From the NCBI GenBank assembly GCA_964424165.1, contig CAYRIB010000003.1, positions 1-60,863 of the forward strand: a stretch of DNA of 60,863 nucleotides, read 5' to 3'. The notes beneath the pieces were generated by a model. That model had not been told where the DNA came from and made no database searches. It saw nothing but the letters and a program-made list of their open reading frames with translations. The first letter of the stretch is position 1; every line of letters begins with the position of its first letter. A program made the translations under genes and the position numbers. Below are positions 36,203 through 46,614 of the stretch, one piece after another. Source of the DNA: an uncultured Myxococcales bacterium. GTDB lineage: Bacteria; Myxococcota_A; UBA9042; DTJE01.

Positions 36203-37540
36203 ATGGCCAAGAATTTCGTGCTCGACACCAACGTGCTGCTGCACGACCCGGATGCTCTGCTGGGTTTCGAAGACAACAATGTCTACGTGCCGATCTACGT
36301 GATCGAGGAGATCGATCAGTTCAAGAAGGACCTGTCCGAACTCGGCCAGAATGCGCGCCGGGTGTCGCGAATGCTCGACGGCTTCAGGACATCGGGCAAC
36401 TTGCGCGACGGGGTCACTCTGTCGACGGGCGGACATCTGGCCGTTCTGTTCGGCAACGCCGAGCGCCAGAAGGATGCCGTCGCCTACCACAAGGACTTCT
36501 CGGCCAGCCACACGATGGACCGACTGATCATGGGCACGGCGCTGGAACTGATGCGCAAGGAACCCGAGGGCAGCGTGGTGTTCGTCACCAAGGACACCAA
36601 CCTGCGCATTCGTGCCGAGGCCATGGGCCTGATTGCGGTGGATTACGACAAGGAACGCAAGGACGTTTCGGAACTGTACACGGGTACCGGCGAGGTCCGC
36701 CTGCCGCCCGAGTCCATGGCGCAACTCTTCCAGGCCGGCGGGTCGGTGCCGCTGCCCGAAGGCGCGGGCTTGTACGAAAACCAGTACGTGGTGGCGCGCG
36801 GCGAGAGCAACCTCAACCAGTCAGCACTGGCCAGGGTGCTGGGCAAAGAGGGAAAGCTGCACCGGATCCTGGACCTCAAGGAGCCGGTGTGGGGCATCAA
36901 GCCGCGCAACAAGGAACAGCACTTCGCGCTCGATGCGCTGCTGCGGGACGAAATCAAGCTGGTGTCACTGATTGGCAAGGCCGGAACCGGCAAGACCCTT
37001 CTGGCCATCGCCGTGGGGTTGCAGAAGGTGGCCGAGGAACAGGCTTTCACCCGCCTGCTCGTGTCGCGCCCGATCTTCCCCTTGGGCAAGGACATCGGAT
37101 ACCTGCCCGGTGACATCGAGGACAAGCTGTCTCCGTGGATGCAGCCGATCCACGACAATGTGGAACTTCTGCTGGGTCTAGGCAAATCCGGAAGCCGGGG
37201 CGGCAGGAGCTATCGTGACCTGATCGACCAGGGACTGATGGAAGTCGAGCCCCTCACCTACATCCGAGGGCGTTCCATCCCCAACCAGTTCATGATCGTG
37301 GACGAGGCGCAGAACCTGACGCCGCACGAGGTCAAGACCATCATCACGCGATGCGGAGAAGGCACCAAGATCGTCCTGACCGGGGACCCCTACCAGATCG
37401 ATAATCCTTACGTGGACTCGGTGAACAACGGTCTGGCCTACATTTCCGAAAAGTTCAAGAACACGCGACTGGCCGCGACCATCACCCTGGTCAAGGGCGA
37501 GCGTTCCGAACTGGCCGAACTGGCCGCCAACATCCTGTAG
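36203..37540 (+). CDS. PhoH2-type protein: N-terminal PIN domain fused to PhoH-like ATPase
   Basis: Trimmed to Met51. PIN start MAKNFVLDTNVLLHDP...VYVPIYVIEEID. PhoH Walker A GKAGTGKT and IVDEAQNLTPHE. Confidence 0.9.
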   Translation: MAKNFVLDTNVLLHDPDALLGFEDNNVYVPIYVIEEIDQFKKDLSELGQNARRVSRMLDGFRTSGNLRDGVTLSTGGHLAVLFGNAERQKDAVAYHKDFSASHTMDRLIMGTALELMRKEPEGSVVFVTKDTNLRIRAEAMGLIAVDYDKERKDVSELYTGTGEVRLPPESMAQLFQAGGSVPLPEGAGLYENQYVVARGESNLNQSALARVLGKEGKLHRILDLKEPVWGIKPRNKEQHFALDALLRDEIKLVSLIGKAGTGKTLLAIAVGLQKVAEEQAFTRLLVSRPIFPLGKDIGYLPGDIEDKLSPWMQPIHDNVELLLGLGKSGSRGGRSYRDLIDQGLMEVEPLTYIRGRSIPNQFMIVDEAQNLTPHEVKTIITRCGEGTKIVLTGDPYQIDNPYVDSVNNGLAYISEKFKNTRLAATITLVKGERSELAELAANIL

Positions 37541-37554
37541 AAAGGGGGGCATCC

Positions 37555-38193
37555 ATGGACGTGCGGGAAGCGGTGCAGCGGCGGCGATCCACGCGGGCCT
37601 TCGAGCCGGACACCCTGCGCATGAAGCGTGAGGAGATCGAGGACCTGATCGTACAGGCATGCCTGGCGCCATCGGAATACAACCTGCAGCCCTGGCGCTT
37701 CATCGTGGTGCGCGACAGCGAGAAGAAGCAGGTGTTGTTCGAGTGCACCTACCGGCAGGAAAAGATCCGCGAGGCCGGGGCCGTGATCATCGTGTGCGGG
37801 GATCGGAAAGGCTTCGAGACGGCGCCGCGCGTGCTGTCCGACATGGTCGCCCAGGGCACGGTGCCGGCCGATCAGGCAGGGCCGGCTGCCGAGTCCATCA
37901 TGAGGCAATACCGAGACAGCGAGCAGGCCAGGCAGTTCCTGGCTTTGCGCAACCCCTGCCTCGCGGCCATGCAATTGATGCTGCTGGCAACCGAACGAGG
38001 CATCGCGACCTGTCCGATGGGAGGCTTCTCCGAGAGCGAGTTGCGCGCGGCATTCCACATTCCGGACCACGTCGTGCCGGTGCTGCTATTGGCCCTGGGC
38101 TTGCCTTCGACCGCGGCGCCGCAGCCCCCGAAAGGGATGCGTCTGCCGGCCAGCGAGATCATCTTTCACGAAACCATGGAAAGCAGCTTGTAG
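37555..38193 (+). CDS. nitroreductase family protein
   Basis: RRSTRAFEPD...APSEYNLQPWRFIVV...CPMGGF. 212 aa. Confidence 0.85.
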   Translation: MDVREAVQRRRSTRAFEPDTLRMKREEIEDLIVQACLAPSEYNLQPWRFIVVRDSEKKQVLFECTYRQEKIREAGAVIIVCGDRKGFETAPRVLSDMVAQGTVPADQAGPAAESIMRQYRDSEQARQFLALRNPCLAAMQLMLLATERGIATCPMGGFSESELRAAFHIPDHVVPVLLLALGLPSTAAPQPPKGMRLPASEIIFHETMESSL

Positions 38194-38287
38194 GGAAGGG
38201 CGTTGCCAATGCCCCGTTCGATGCTTATGCTATGGCGCAACGCGGGGATGAACCCATCCTGAACCCGCGCAGACAGAGAGGTGTCGG

Positions 38288-40114
38288 TTGAAGCAGAGCT
38301 TCAAGACGTTCCTGGTGTGGATCATCTTCATCGGGCTCTTCGTTCTGGTGTTCCAGAGCGTCCAGAATCCGCCGGTCGACTCCGAAATGCCATTTTCGGA
38401 CTTCGTGGCCACGGCCCTGCCCAAGGACGGGCCGTCGGGCGTGGCCAAGGTCCGCGTGACCGGGGACGTGCTCGAAGGCGAACTGGTCGACGGGACCAAG
38501 TTCAAGACCGTGGGGGATCTGAAGGAGTTCCAAAAGGACCTCGTCGACCGCAAGGTCAGCATTACCTACGAAAGCGAGACCGCCAACAGCTTCTGGGTGT
38601 CGCTGCTCACGGGCTGGCTGCCGATGATCTTCTTCGTGCTGCTGTTCTTCTTCATCATGCGCCAGGCCCAGTCCGGCGGGGGCAAGGTGTTTTCGTTCGG
38701 CAAGAGCCGACATCGCGTACTCAGCGAAAGCACTCAGCGCGTGACGTTCGAGAACGTGGCCGGCATCGACGAGGCCAAGCAGGAGCTCGAAGAAATCATC
38801 GACTTCCTCAAGGACCCGAAGCGATTCACCCGGCTCGGTGGGCGCATCCCCAAGGGCGTCCTGCTCATGGGCCCCCCGGGAACGGGCAAGACGCTGCTTG
38901 CACGCGCGGTGGCCGGCGAAGCGGGCGTGCCGTTTCTGTCGATCTCGGGTTCGGACTTCGTGGAAATGTTCGTAGGCGTGGGTGCTTCGCGCGTCCGCGA
39001 CCTGTTCGAACAGGGCAAGAAGCGGGCACCGTGCATCATCTTCGTCGACGAGATCGACGCGGTGGGTCGCCAGCGCGGCGCGGGCCTGGGCGGCGGACAC
39101 GACGAGCGCGAGCAGACCCTGAACCAACTCCTCGTCGAAATGGACGGCTTCGAGGCGAATCAGGGTGTGATCCTGATGGCGGCAACCAACCGTCCCGATG
39201 TCCTGGATCCTGCGCTGCTGCGTCCCGGACGATTCGATCGCCGTGTCGTGGTCCCGAGCCCCGATTTGCTGGGCCGCGAAGCCATCCTCAAGGTGCACTC
39301 GCGCAACGTGCCGCTGAGCGAGGACGTGACCCTCGCAGTGCTCGCCCGCGGCACGCCCGGGTTCGTGGGCGCGGATCTCGAGAACATGGTCAACGAGGCG
39401 GCGTTGCTCGCCGCGCGCAAGGGCAAGGACGTGGTCGAGATGGCGGACTTCGAGGAGGCCCGCGACAAGATTTTGATGGGCACGGCGCGCAAGAGCAGCA
39501 TGATGAGCGAGTCCGAGCGCGAGCTGACCGCCTATCACGAGGCCGGACACGTGATGGTGGCCAAGTGCATTCCGGGAACGGACCCGGTGCACAAGGTCAC
39601 GATCATTCCGCGTGGACTATCCCTGGGCATGACACAGCAGCTGCCGAACGAGGATCGTCACACGGCCGCACGTTCGTTCCTGATCAATCGCCTTGCCATC
39701 GCCATGGGCGGTCGCGCGGCGGAACTCTTGGTGTTCGGCGAAGAGACCAGCGGGGCAGGGCAGGACATCAAGATGTCCACTGAATTGGCCCGCAAGATGG
39801 TCGCTCAGTGGGGCATGTCGCCGCTGGGGCCCATCAACCTGAGCCAGCGAGAGGAAATGGTATTCTTGGGCCGCGAACTCGGGACCCAACACGAACTCAG
39901 CGAATATTCGTCGCGGCGCGTGGACATGGAAGTCAAGCGTCTGGTGCTCGACGCCCAGGATCAGGCCACCCGCATCGTAACCGAGCACCGGGATGGTCTG
40001 GAGCGGCTCGCCAGGGCCCTGCTCGAGAAGGAGACGCTCGACGGTACCGAGATCGACGCGATCCTGGTCAACGAGGTGCTGGTGCCGTCGCCCGAACCGG
40101 GACAAGCGCCGTGA
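38288..40114 (+). CDS. ftsH: ATP-dependent zinc metalloprotease FtsH
   Basis: TTG start after GAGAGG. N-terminal TM helix, [25 protein letters not shown] region, HEAGH zinc site. 608 aa. Confidence 0.95.
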   Translation: MKQSFKTFLVWIIFIGLFVLVFQSVQNPPVDSEMPFSDFVATALPKDGPSGVAKVRVTGDVLEGELVDGTKFKTVGDLKEFQKDLVDRKVSITYESETANSFWVSLLTGWLPMIFFVLLFFFIMRQAQSGGGKVFSFGKSRHRVLSESTQRVTFENVAGIDEAKQELEEIIDFLKDPKRFTRLGGRIPKGVLLMGPPGTGKTLLARAVAGEAGVPFLSISGSDFVEMFVGVGASRVRDLFEQGKKRAPCIIFVDEIDAVGRQRGAGLGGGHDEREQTLNQLLVEMDGFEANQGVILMAATNRPDVLDPALLRPGRFDRRVVVPSPDLLGREAILKVHSRNVPLSEDVTLAVLARGTPGFVGADLENMVNEAALLAARKGKDVVEMADFEEARDKILMGTARKSSMMSESERELTAYHEAGHVMVAKCIPGTDPVHKVTIIPRGLSLGMTQQLPNEDRHTAARSFLINRLAIAMGGRAAELLVFGEETSGAGQDIKMSTELARKMVAQWGMSPLGPINLSQREEMVFLGRELGTQHELSEYSSRRVDMEVKRLVLDAQDQATRIVTEHRDGLERLARALLEKETLDGTEIDAILVNEVLVPSPEPGQAP

Positions 40115-41196
40115 ACGCCCCCCGCGCCCTGGTGCAGACCCTGGCCAAATGGCTGATCTCCCTGGCCATCGGCGTGCTCTTCATCTGGCTGTCCACCCGG
40201 GAATGGCCCATCGACCGCCTGTTTGCCGGCGGTTTGCGCATCGAACACGGAAGCCTGGCCACGGATGCGTGGTCGGTGCACCTCGGCTGGCTTTTGGCCT
40301 ACTTCCTGACTCTCGTATCCCTGCACGTATTCCGGGTGTGGCGCTGGCAGCCCCTGCTCAAGCCCTTGAAGAACTGCGGTTTCTGGCAACTCAACCGCGT
40401 GTGCTCGGTGGGCTTCATGGCCATGTTCGTGCTGCCGATGCGCGTGGGCGAGTTCGTGCGGCCCGTGCTCCTGGCCAGCGAGACCGGGCTGTCCAAGTCG
40501 GCGCTGCTGGCTACGATCGTGGTCGAACGGGTGATGGACGGGGTGATGGTGGCTGGTTTCCTGGCGATCGCGCTGCTGTTTCTGCCCGCAGAAAATCTGG
40601 CCGCCTACACCGAGATTCGCATCGGGACCTATCTGGCCCTGGCGGTGTTCGGTGGCCTGGTGATCGCGTTGTTTCTGATGTTTGCGTTCCGCGCGCCATT
40701 GTCCGTGAGCATTCACAAGCTTTTGTCCCGCACGCATCAGCGCCGCGCCACGGCACTGGTGGTCGGGCTGCTTGACCGATTCCTGGCCGGGCTGTCCATC
40801 CTGCCTGACTGGCGAAACTTCCTGCTGTTCGTATTTCTTTCCCTCTTCTACTGGCTGTCGAACGGATTCGGCCTGTTCATCCTGGCGCACGGCTTCGGGC
40901 TGGACATTCCGGTGATCGGTGCGTTCGCCATGATGGCTGCAGTCGTGGTCGGCATGATGATCCCGAATGCGCCCGCCAACGTCGGATCGTTCTGGTACTT
41001 CTTGCTCAAGCCCGTGGAGCTCTACGGAGTGACCGCGGGCAACCCGGCGGCCCTGGCGTATGCCTTGGTCGTTTGGACCATGCAGTTGGTGCAGTTGCTG
41101 CTGTTTGCCGCGTACTTCCTGATGCGGGGACAGGTATCGTTCCGGTCGGCCTTCGTGATCAGCGGTTCGGCCTTGCAGGAAGAGGCCACAAGCTGA
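40111..41196 (+). CDS. UPF0104 / lysylphosphatidylglycerol-synthase-TM-like (flippase-like) membrane protein
   Basis: GTG start in a GTGA overlap with the ftsH stop. Multi-pass protein with WRWQPLLKPL...VGFMAMFVLPMRVGEFVRP, typical of this family. Confidence 0.7.
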   Translation: MNAPRALVQTLAKWLISLAIGVLFIWLSTREWPIDRLFAGGLRIEHGSLATDAWSVHLGWLLAYFLTLVSLHVFRVWRWQPLLKPLKNCGFWQLNRVCSVGFMAMFVLPMRVGEFVRPVLLASETGLSKSALLATIVVERVMDGVMVAGFLAIALLFLPAENLAAYTEIRIGTYLALAVFGGLVIALFLMFAFRAPLSVSIHKLLSRTHQRRATALVVGLLDRFLAGLSILPDWRNFLLFVFLSLFYWLSNGFGLFILAHGFGLDIPVIGAFAMMAAVVVGMMIPNAPANVGSFWYFLLKPVELYGVTAGNPAALAYALVVWTMQLVQLLLFAAYFLMRGQVSFRSAFVISGSALQEEATS

Positions 41197-41599
41197 GCCC
41201 CGTCTTGGCATCGGGTTCGCGCACCGGGTCCGCGCCACCCAGCACCGAAATGGCCAGTTCCATCGCGAACACACGGCATCCCGGCATGACGTGACCACCG
41301 TGGGCATGACCATCCGAATCCGCCAGGGTGGCATGCAGATGCACGAATGGCTCGCCGTCCTTGATGCTGATGTTGCCCTGTACCACCAGGGCTTCGGTGA
41401 AGCGTTCGAAGTCGTGGCGGAGATACGCGGCCGTCGCTTCATCGTAATAGCCCAGGACCGCCCGGTCGAATGCGCCGATGCCCTGGATCCACGCCGCCCG
41501 AATCGAGCGCGTCCGGGCCAGTGCCGTGAGGGTTTCAACCAGGTCGTCGCCGCGGTCGAGGCGGGTCAAGAAGACGTGGGTAACAGGTCGCTCGATCAT
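41159..41599 (-). CDS. PPC (DUF296) domain protein
   Basis: Track ORF 41159..42358 trimmed to MIERPVTHVFLTRLDRGDDLVETL...GIGAF...VQGNISIKDGEPFVHLHATLADSDGHAHGGHV, the characteristic PPC pattern. 146 aa. Confidence 0.7.
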   Translation of the reverse strand: MIERPVTHVFLTRLDRGDDLVETLTALARTRSIRAAWIQGIGAFDRAVLGYYDEATAAYLRHDFERFTEALVVQGNISIKDGEPFVHLHATLADSDGHAHGGHVMPGCRVFAMELAISVLGGADPVREPDAKTGLSLWPLPARPNR

Positions 41600-41628
41600 C
41601 GAATGCCCTCCATTTGCTGCAATGAAAC

Positions 41629-42534
41629 TCAAGCCCTCGGGTGCGCCCTCCGATAGACCTGCATCAGATGCTTCCGTGATACGTGGGTGTAGATCTCGGT
41701 CGTGCTGATGTCCGCATGTCCGAGCATCTCCTGGACCGTGCGCAGATCCGCCCCGTGTTCGATCAAGTCCGTGGCAAACGAGTGCCTGAGGGCGTGCGGA
41801 GACAGATGGTGGCGCACCTCGGCCAAGATCCCGTAATTCTTTAGGTTCTTGAAGAAGCCCTGTCGCGTGAGGACCGTTCCGCGTGCGGTGACGAACAAGG
41901 CGTCGCGTCGTCGCCCGGACAAGGCCACCTTGCGCAGCAGCAACGGCCTTCCATGCCGAAGATAGGCTTCGACCGCGCCCACGCACGCCTCGGAAATCGG
42001 TACCACCCGTTCCTTGTTGCCCTTGCCCCGTGCCCGCACGAAACCCTGCACCAGATTGACGTCGATCACCGTGAGTCCGAGGGCCTCCGAAATTCGCAAA
42101 CCGGACCCGTACAGCAGTTCCAGGATGGCCCGATCCCGCAATCCCATCGGGGTCTCGGCCGACGGCGCCGACATCAGCCGCGCGGTCTCGTCCTCGCCCA
42201 GGGTATCGGGCAATGCGCGCTGATAGCGCGGAATGTCCACGTCCTCGGTCGGGTCGTCGGTGATCGAGCCGACCTCCCGGGCATGCCGGAAGAACTGGCG
42301 CAAGGTCACGGTCGACAGGGCCAGGGTGCGCTGCGACAGTCTCTTTGCTCGCAGCCACTGCAGAAACGCCTCGACATCCTTCCCCAGCACCTGGTCTGGA
42401 CCCTTGCCCGGCCGCTGCGAAGCGAGCCAGTTCTGGAAGCGGGCCAAGACCCGCGAATAGGTGTCGACCGTGCGCTCCGAAAGTCCACGTTGCACCCGCA
42501 GATGGAAGATGAACGCATCGATGGCCCGGTCCAT
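41629..42534 (-). CDS. tyrosine recombinase XerC/XerD family
   Basis: Trimmed to Met28. ARGKGNKER, HALRHSFATDLIEHGADLRTVQEMLGHADISTTEIYTHV (R-H-R-Y catalytic set). 301 aa. Confidence 0.88.
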   Translation of the reverse strand: MDRAIDAFIFHLRVQRGLSERTVDTYSRVLARFQNWLASQRPGKGPDQVLGKDVEAFLQWLRAKRLSQRTLALSTVTLRQFFRHAREVGSITDDPTEDVDIPRYQRALPDTLGEDETARLMSAPSAETPMGLRDRAILELLYGSGLRISEALGLTVIDVNLVQGFVRARGKGNKERVVPISEACVGAVEAYLRHGRPLLLRKVALSGRRRDALFVTARGTVLTRQGFFKNLKNYGILAEVRHHLSPHALRHSFATDLIEHGADLRTVQEMLGHADISTTEIYTHVSRKHLMQVYRRAHPRA

Positions 42535-42556
42535 GAACGACCTCCCAAGGCCGAGT

Positions 42557-43264
42557 CTAACCCGGGGCGGGCTCGATGGGTAAGTCGCGGCCAGCGTGTT
42601 GCAGTGCCCTGGCATGCTTGCTCGTCACCTGGGCCGACAAGGTGACGCCGGACCTTTGCCCCAGGATATCGAGCAGGGCCGAGGCCTCGACCGACCGCTC
42701 GTCCTCGACCTCGACCTCGTAGTCCCGCGTGGCATCCGCATAGCAGGTTTCGTCCAACTCGATCACGAAGCCGTCGTATTCGTGCACGTCCCGCCACGTG
42801 ACCGACCACGTCTGGATGCGCGGGTGCGTCTGCAACACCACATCTTGCAAGCTCCCGAAATCGGGCTCCAGATGAATCGCAACCCCAGACGTTCCCAACA
42901 TCCACGCCATGGCATCGCGGGCCGGCAGATACTGTTCGATCTCGGTGGCGGCAAATACGTCATGGTGGCGGTGACGCCCGGACTTCGCCGTGAGACAAGC
43001 CTGGGCCTGAAGGGCCAGCAGACGTTCGACCATGACCGCCAGATCCCCGTCGACCACGAACGCGTCACGGGCAGGTTGATCGGACACGTCGGCCACCCAG
43101 CGCAGGCGTACCGAAACGTCCGGATCCACCGGCGCGGGCAGCGACAGATAGACGTTCAACTGCACCAACCGTTCCGCGGGCCCGGGCAGCAGGGACGCAA
43201 ATCGTTGCAGGTCGGCAATGCCCGCAACGATCCGCTTGACCTCGGTTTCTACCGTTGTGCTCAT
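42557..43264 (-). CDS. CYTH-like (triphosphate tunnel metalloenzyme) domain protein
   Basis: Trimmed to Met86, which is preceded by GAGGG. N-terminal ExExK (VETEVKRIV), RLR, TEIEQ, FVIELDE and YEVEVEDE acidic strands. It starts 8 nt after the kinase stop. Confidence 0.6.
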   Translation of the reverse strand: MSTTVETEVKRIVAGIADLQRFASLLPGPAERLVQLNVYLSLPAPVDPDVSVRLRWVADVSDQPARDAFVVDGDLAVMVERLLALQAQACLTAKSGRHRHHDVFAATEIEQYLPARDAMAWMLGTSGVAIHLEPDFGSLQDVVLQTHPRIQTWSVTWRDVHEYDGFVIELDETCYADATRDYEVEVEDERSVEASALLDILGQRSGVTLSAQVTSKHARALQHAGRDLPIEPAPG

Positions 43265-43272
43265 CTTTGCCC

Positions 43273-44412
43273 TCACTGACCGTCCATCCACGCCATCAGA
43301 AGCCAGGTCGCTGCCGCCGATGCCAGCACCACCAGGAACAACAGTCCCCATCGGCCCAAACGTCGCCACCGCCAAACGGTCGTGTGCCGCACCGAAGAGG
43401 CAACCCGGGCATCCCCCGGATCCACCCCGACCGTTGCCTCGCCCTTCACCTGCAACAAAAGGTTGCGTGCAGCCGTCGCATCCGAGGGACGGTCCTCGGG
43501 CTTTTTGGCCAGCAGGCATTCAACGGCATCGCAAAGGGCAGGGGGCAGGCCCGGGTGCCGCTCGCACAGTGGCACCGGCATTGCGGTCATATGCTGATCG
43601 GCCACATCCACGATCGAGTCGCCGGCAAATGGGGGGGCGCCGGCGAGCATCTGGTACATGACCACGCCCAGGGAATAGAGGTCCGACCGCCCATCGAGCT
43701 CCAGACCCTGGATCTGTTCGGGCGACATGTACTCGGGCGTGCCGAAAACCATGCCGGTCACGGTCTTGAAGCTTCCTTCGCCGTTCGATTCGGCGTCACG
43801 CAACTTCGCGATTCCGAAGTCCAGGACCTTCACGAACTCCGGATCCGAGCGCAGCTTCAGGATCATGATGTTTTCGGGCTTCAGGTCCCGATGCACGATC
43901 CCATTGCCATGCGCCTCCTCGAGCGCATCGAGCACTTGCACGGCGATGTGCACAGCCCGTTCCCAGGGCAAGCGTCGTTCTTCGAACAAGAGCGTACACA
44001 GGTCCCGTCCCGCCAGGTATTCCATGACAATGTACAACAAGCCATCCTCGGTCTGACCGAAGTCCTGGACTGCGATGCAGTTCGGATGGCTGAGGCGGGA
44101 GGCCGCACGCGCCTCCCGGTGGAAGCGCAGCACCTGGCTTTCATCGCCGAGCAGGTGCCGGTGAAGCACCTTGATGGCCACGGCCCTGGCGAGCTCATCA
44201 TGCGCGGCCTTGTAGATGCATCCCATGGCCCCGGTACCGATCCGCTCCTGGATCCGATAGCGATCCGCGATCACGCGACCGATCAGGGGGTCCGCCAAGG
44301 CCGGGGCCGCGCCGCCGGGCAGCCGTTCCCCGCACGACGTGCAGAAACGGCGGCCCATGATCGCAGGGGCCCCGCACCGAGGGCAGGAAACGCTGTTCGC
44401 AGAGTCATCCAT
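43273..44412 (-). CDS. Ser/Thr protein kinase with N-terminal zinc ribbon and C-terminal TM anchor
   Basis: CPRCGAPAIMGRRFCTSCG; GTGAMGCIYKA, VAIKVL, HRDLKPEN, DFGIAK, GTPEYMSPE; C-terminal WGLLFLVVLASAAATWLLMAW. Confidence 0.92.
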   Translation of the reverse strand: MDDSANSVSCPRCGAPAIMGRRFCTSCGERLPGGAAPALADPLIGRVIADRYRIQERIGTGAMGCIYKAAHDELARAVAIKVLHRHLLGDESQVLRFHREARAASRLSHPNCIAVQDFGQTEDGLLYIVMEYLAGRDLCTLLFEERRLPWERAVHIAVQVLDALEEAHGNGIVHRDLKPENIMILKLRSDPEFVKVLDFGIAKLRDAESNGEGSFKTVTGMVFGTPEYMSPEQIQGLELDGRSDLYSLGVVMYQMLAGAPPFAGDSIVDVADQHMTAMPVPLCERHPGLPPALCDAVECLLAKKPEDRPSDATAARNLLLQVKGEATVGVDPGDARVASSVRHTTVWRWRRLGRWGLLFLVVLASAAATWLLMAWMDGQ

Positions 44413-44470
44413 GGCTTGCCTATTATAGCCCCCGATGCTAGCATCTCAACGGTTTCTTGGGCGCCACTCG

Positions 44471-45268
44471 ATGAATGCCACGTCCACGCGAACACCGTTG
44501 TTCCCCATGGTTACGTGTCCGCATTGCGGGGACGAAAACCCACCCCGCTATGCCTACTGCTTGACCTGCGGTGAGCGAATGGCCCTGGAAGTCTTGACTC
44601 CCCTGCCTGATCCACCAGCACCCGTCGCGGGAACCACGTTGTTTCGAATCGACGAAGACGGGCACGTGCGTGGCGAATTCCCCCTGTCGGCAGGAAGGCA
44701 CGTGATTGGTCGAGGGGCCTTGCTCAACACGATCGAGGACCCATGGCTGGAAGAAGAACACGCGCTGATCGACATCACGCCCGACGGATGCCGCATTTAC
44801 GATCTGAAGGGTCCCCACGGCACGTTCGTAGGCGTCCGTGACTCGGCCGTGCTTCGAAGCGAGGACCGTTTTCGCATCGGCGGTGCCCTGTTCGCGATCG
44901 AACTGTCCCGAGCCGACGTTGAGGCCAGGCTCCCCCTCGAGGCGGCCGCGGCGACGGGCATCGAAATGCCGGCCTGGGGGCGACTGGTGCGCCTGGGTCC
45001 CGATGACGTTGTCTTGGAGGCAACGCGTCTGGTGGCCTACGAAGTCACGATCGGGCGCACCGTCGGCGACATCCGACTGCCCGACGACCCGTTCGTGTCC
45101 TCGCCGCATGCCGTCCTTTCTCCGGATGGGGATCAGGCCGTGCTGCGTGATGTGAGCAGCCACGGAGGCTGCTATGTGCGCATCCGTGAACCGGTCGTCT
45201 TGCGCGATGGGGACCGCATGGTCATGGGACATCAGGTATTCCTGATGCGACAGGCCAGGGAACCTTAG
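44471..45268 (+). CDS. zinc-ribbon plus tandem FHA-domain protein (paralog of 23139..23936)
   Basis: CPHCGDENPPRYAYCLTCG, then two FHA cores: HVIGRGALL...EEEHALI...DLKGPHGTFV and VTIGRTVGDIRL...SSPHAVL...DVSSHGGCYV. The start could also be Met at 44507. Confidence 0.8.
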   Translation: MNATSTRTPLFPMVTCPHCGDENPPRYAYCLTCGERMALEVLTPLPDPPAPVAGTTLFRIDEDGHVRGEFPLSAGRHVIGRGALLNTIEDPWLEEEHALIDITPDGCRIYDLKGPHGTFVGVRDSAVLRSEDRFRIGGALFAIELSRADVEARLPLEAAAATGIEMPAWGRLVRLGPDDVVLEATRLVAYEVTIGRTVGDIRLPDDPFVSSPHAVLSPDGDQAVLRDVSSHGGCYVRIREPVVLRDGDRMVMGHQVFLMRQAREP

Positions 45269-45280
45269 GAAGAGGTAGGC

Positions 45281-45658
45281 ATGCAACAGGCTGCGGGTCA
45301 GGGACAGGACGATCAGAGAAAGAACGAGCGAATCGACTTCGAGATCGCGATCGACGTGCAGTCCGACGACAACTTCTTCGCCGGCATCACGATGAACATC
45401 AGTTCCGGTGGCCTGTTCATCGCAACCGACCGTCCGCTGCCGGTGGGTCAGGTCATCCGGATACGTTTCACGGTCTTGACCCTGCACGAACAGGTGGAAA
45501 GCCGGGCCGTGGTTCGGTGGGTCCGCGGCCCTGACGCGGGGGACCGCGACCTTCCAACAGGCATGGGCGTGCAGTTCTTGGACCTTCCACCCCATGTGAT
45601 CCAGGCGGTCGACGCTTTCATCCGCGATCGTCGTCAGGCCATCTTCTTCGATCGCTAG
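45281..45658 (+). CDS. PilZ domain protein
   Basis: QRKNER (RxxxR) and NISSGGLFI (D/NxSxxG) c-di-GMP-binding motifs. 125 aa. Confidence 0.82.
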   Translation: MQQAAGQGQDDQRKNERIDFEIAIDVQSDDNFFAGITMNISSGGLFIATDRPLPVGQVIRIRFTVLTLHEQVESRAVVRWVRGPDAGDRDLPTGMGVQFLDLPPHVIQAVDAFIRDRRQAIFFDR

Positions 45659-46614
45659 CCAATTTCGGTGTCTTTGATCATGCCCTGTTGCCGAAGGAAC
45701 CGTTCGACGGTCAGGTTGACGAGGTCGGGTTGCTCGAGGGGTAGCGAATGCGTGGCCCGCTCGACCTGCACGAGCTCCGCGTTCGGCAATGCCTCGTAAA
45801 GTTCCTCGGACAGGAAGAACGGGGTGAACGTATCGTCTTCGCCCCCGAAGATCAGGGTCGGCTGCCGCACGGACGCGAGGAACGGTCGCGTGTCGTGTTC
45901 TGCGGCGTCGCCGACCAGGGCCAGGAACAATTCCAGGTCCAGGGTCGCCAGATGATCGAGATACGGCAGGAACTGCTTTTGATCCACCAGACGTCCGTTG
46001 AGTTCCGTCAACGTGGCCATGAGATACACGAACTGCGTGGGCACGATCTGCCGCCACAACCGGGCCATCCACCGCTTCCGGTGAGTCACCAGATGGTACA
46101 GAAGGGGCAGGGCCGAACGCATGATCGTGTTGCCGTGGAACGAATCGAGCATGCGCCCCCAGGTGCCGTTCATCAGGACCAGGGACGAGACCCGCTCGGG
46201 CCATCGGTGCGCTGCATCCAGCAGGATCTGGACGCCCATGCTGTAACCCACGTGTGCGGCCTGATGGATCGACAGATGATCCATCACACGTTCGAGGTCC
46301 CGAAGGCAGTCTTCCACGGACAGGTGAGCCTGCTCGATCGGAATCCCGGACAGTCCGTGGCCACGGTACGACCATCGCACCACGTGGAACCATCGCGACA
46401 GATAGCGGATCAGTGGAACCAGATAGGTGCCGTTGCAAGCGATGCCGTCGGTGAACACCACGGCCGGCCCATCCGGATCGCCATAGGTGTCGAACGCGAT
46501 CAGCGTGCCGTCCCAGGCGCGAACGAAACCCTCGCGAATCGGTCGGGGCGGATTGGCCGCAGCCAGACGGTGGCGTCGTCCAACCGGTCGTCTGATGGCC
46601 CCGAGTACCGCCAT
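45655..46614 (-). CDS. alpha/beta hydrolase fold protein
   Basis: VVFTDGIACNG oxyanion region and nucleophile elbow HVGYSMGVQ (GxSxG). 319 aa. The stop overlaps the convergent PilZ stop by 4 nt. Confidence 0.85.
   Translation of the reverse strand: MAVLGAIRRPVGRRHRLAAANPPRPIREGFVRAWDGTLIAFDTYGDPDGPAVVFTDGIACNGTYLVPLIRYLSRWFHVVRWSYRGHGLSGIPIEQAHLSVEDCLRDLERVMDHLSIHQAAHVGYSMGVQILLDAAHRWPERVSSLVLMNGTWGRMLDSFHGNTIMRSALPLLYHLVTHRKRWMARLWRQIVPTQFVYLMATLTELNGRLVDQKQFLPYLDHLATLDLELFLALVGDAAEHDTRPFLASVRQPTLIFGGEDDTFTPFFLSEELYEALPNAELVQVERATHSLPLEQPDLVNLTVERFLRQQGMIKDTEIG

Noticed and set aside
41629-42534. Tyrosine recombinase as a marker of an integrated mobile element or genomic island.
   Set aside because: Its size and motifs fit housekeeping XerC/XerD. 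No flanking direct repeats, phage or plasmid genes, or compositional break are visible, and it is not adjacent to the tRNA.
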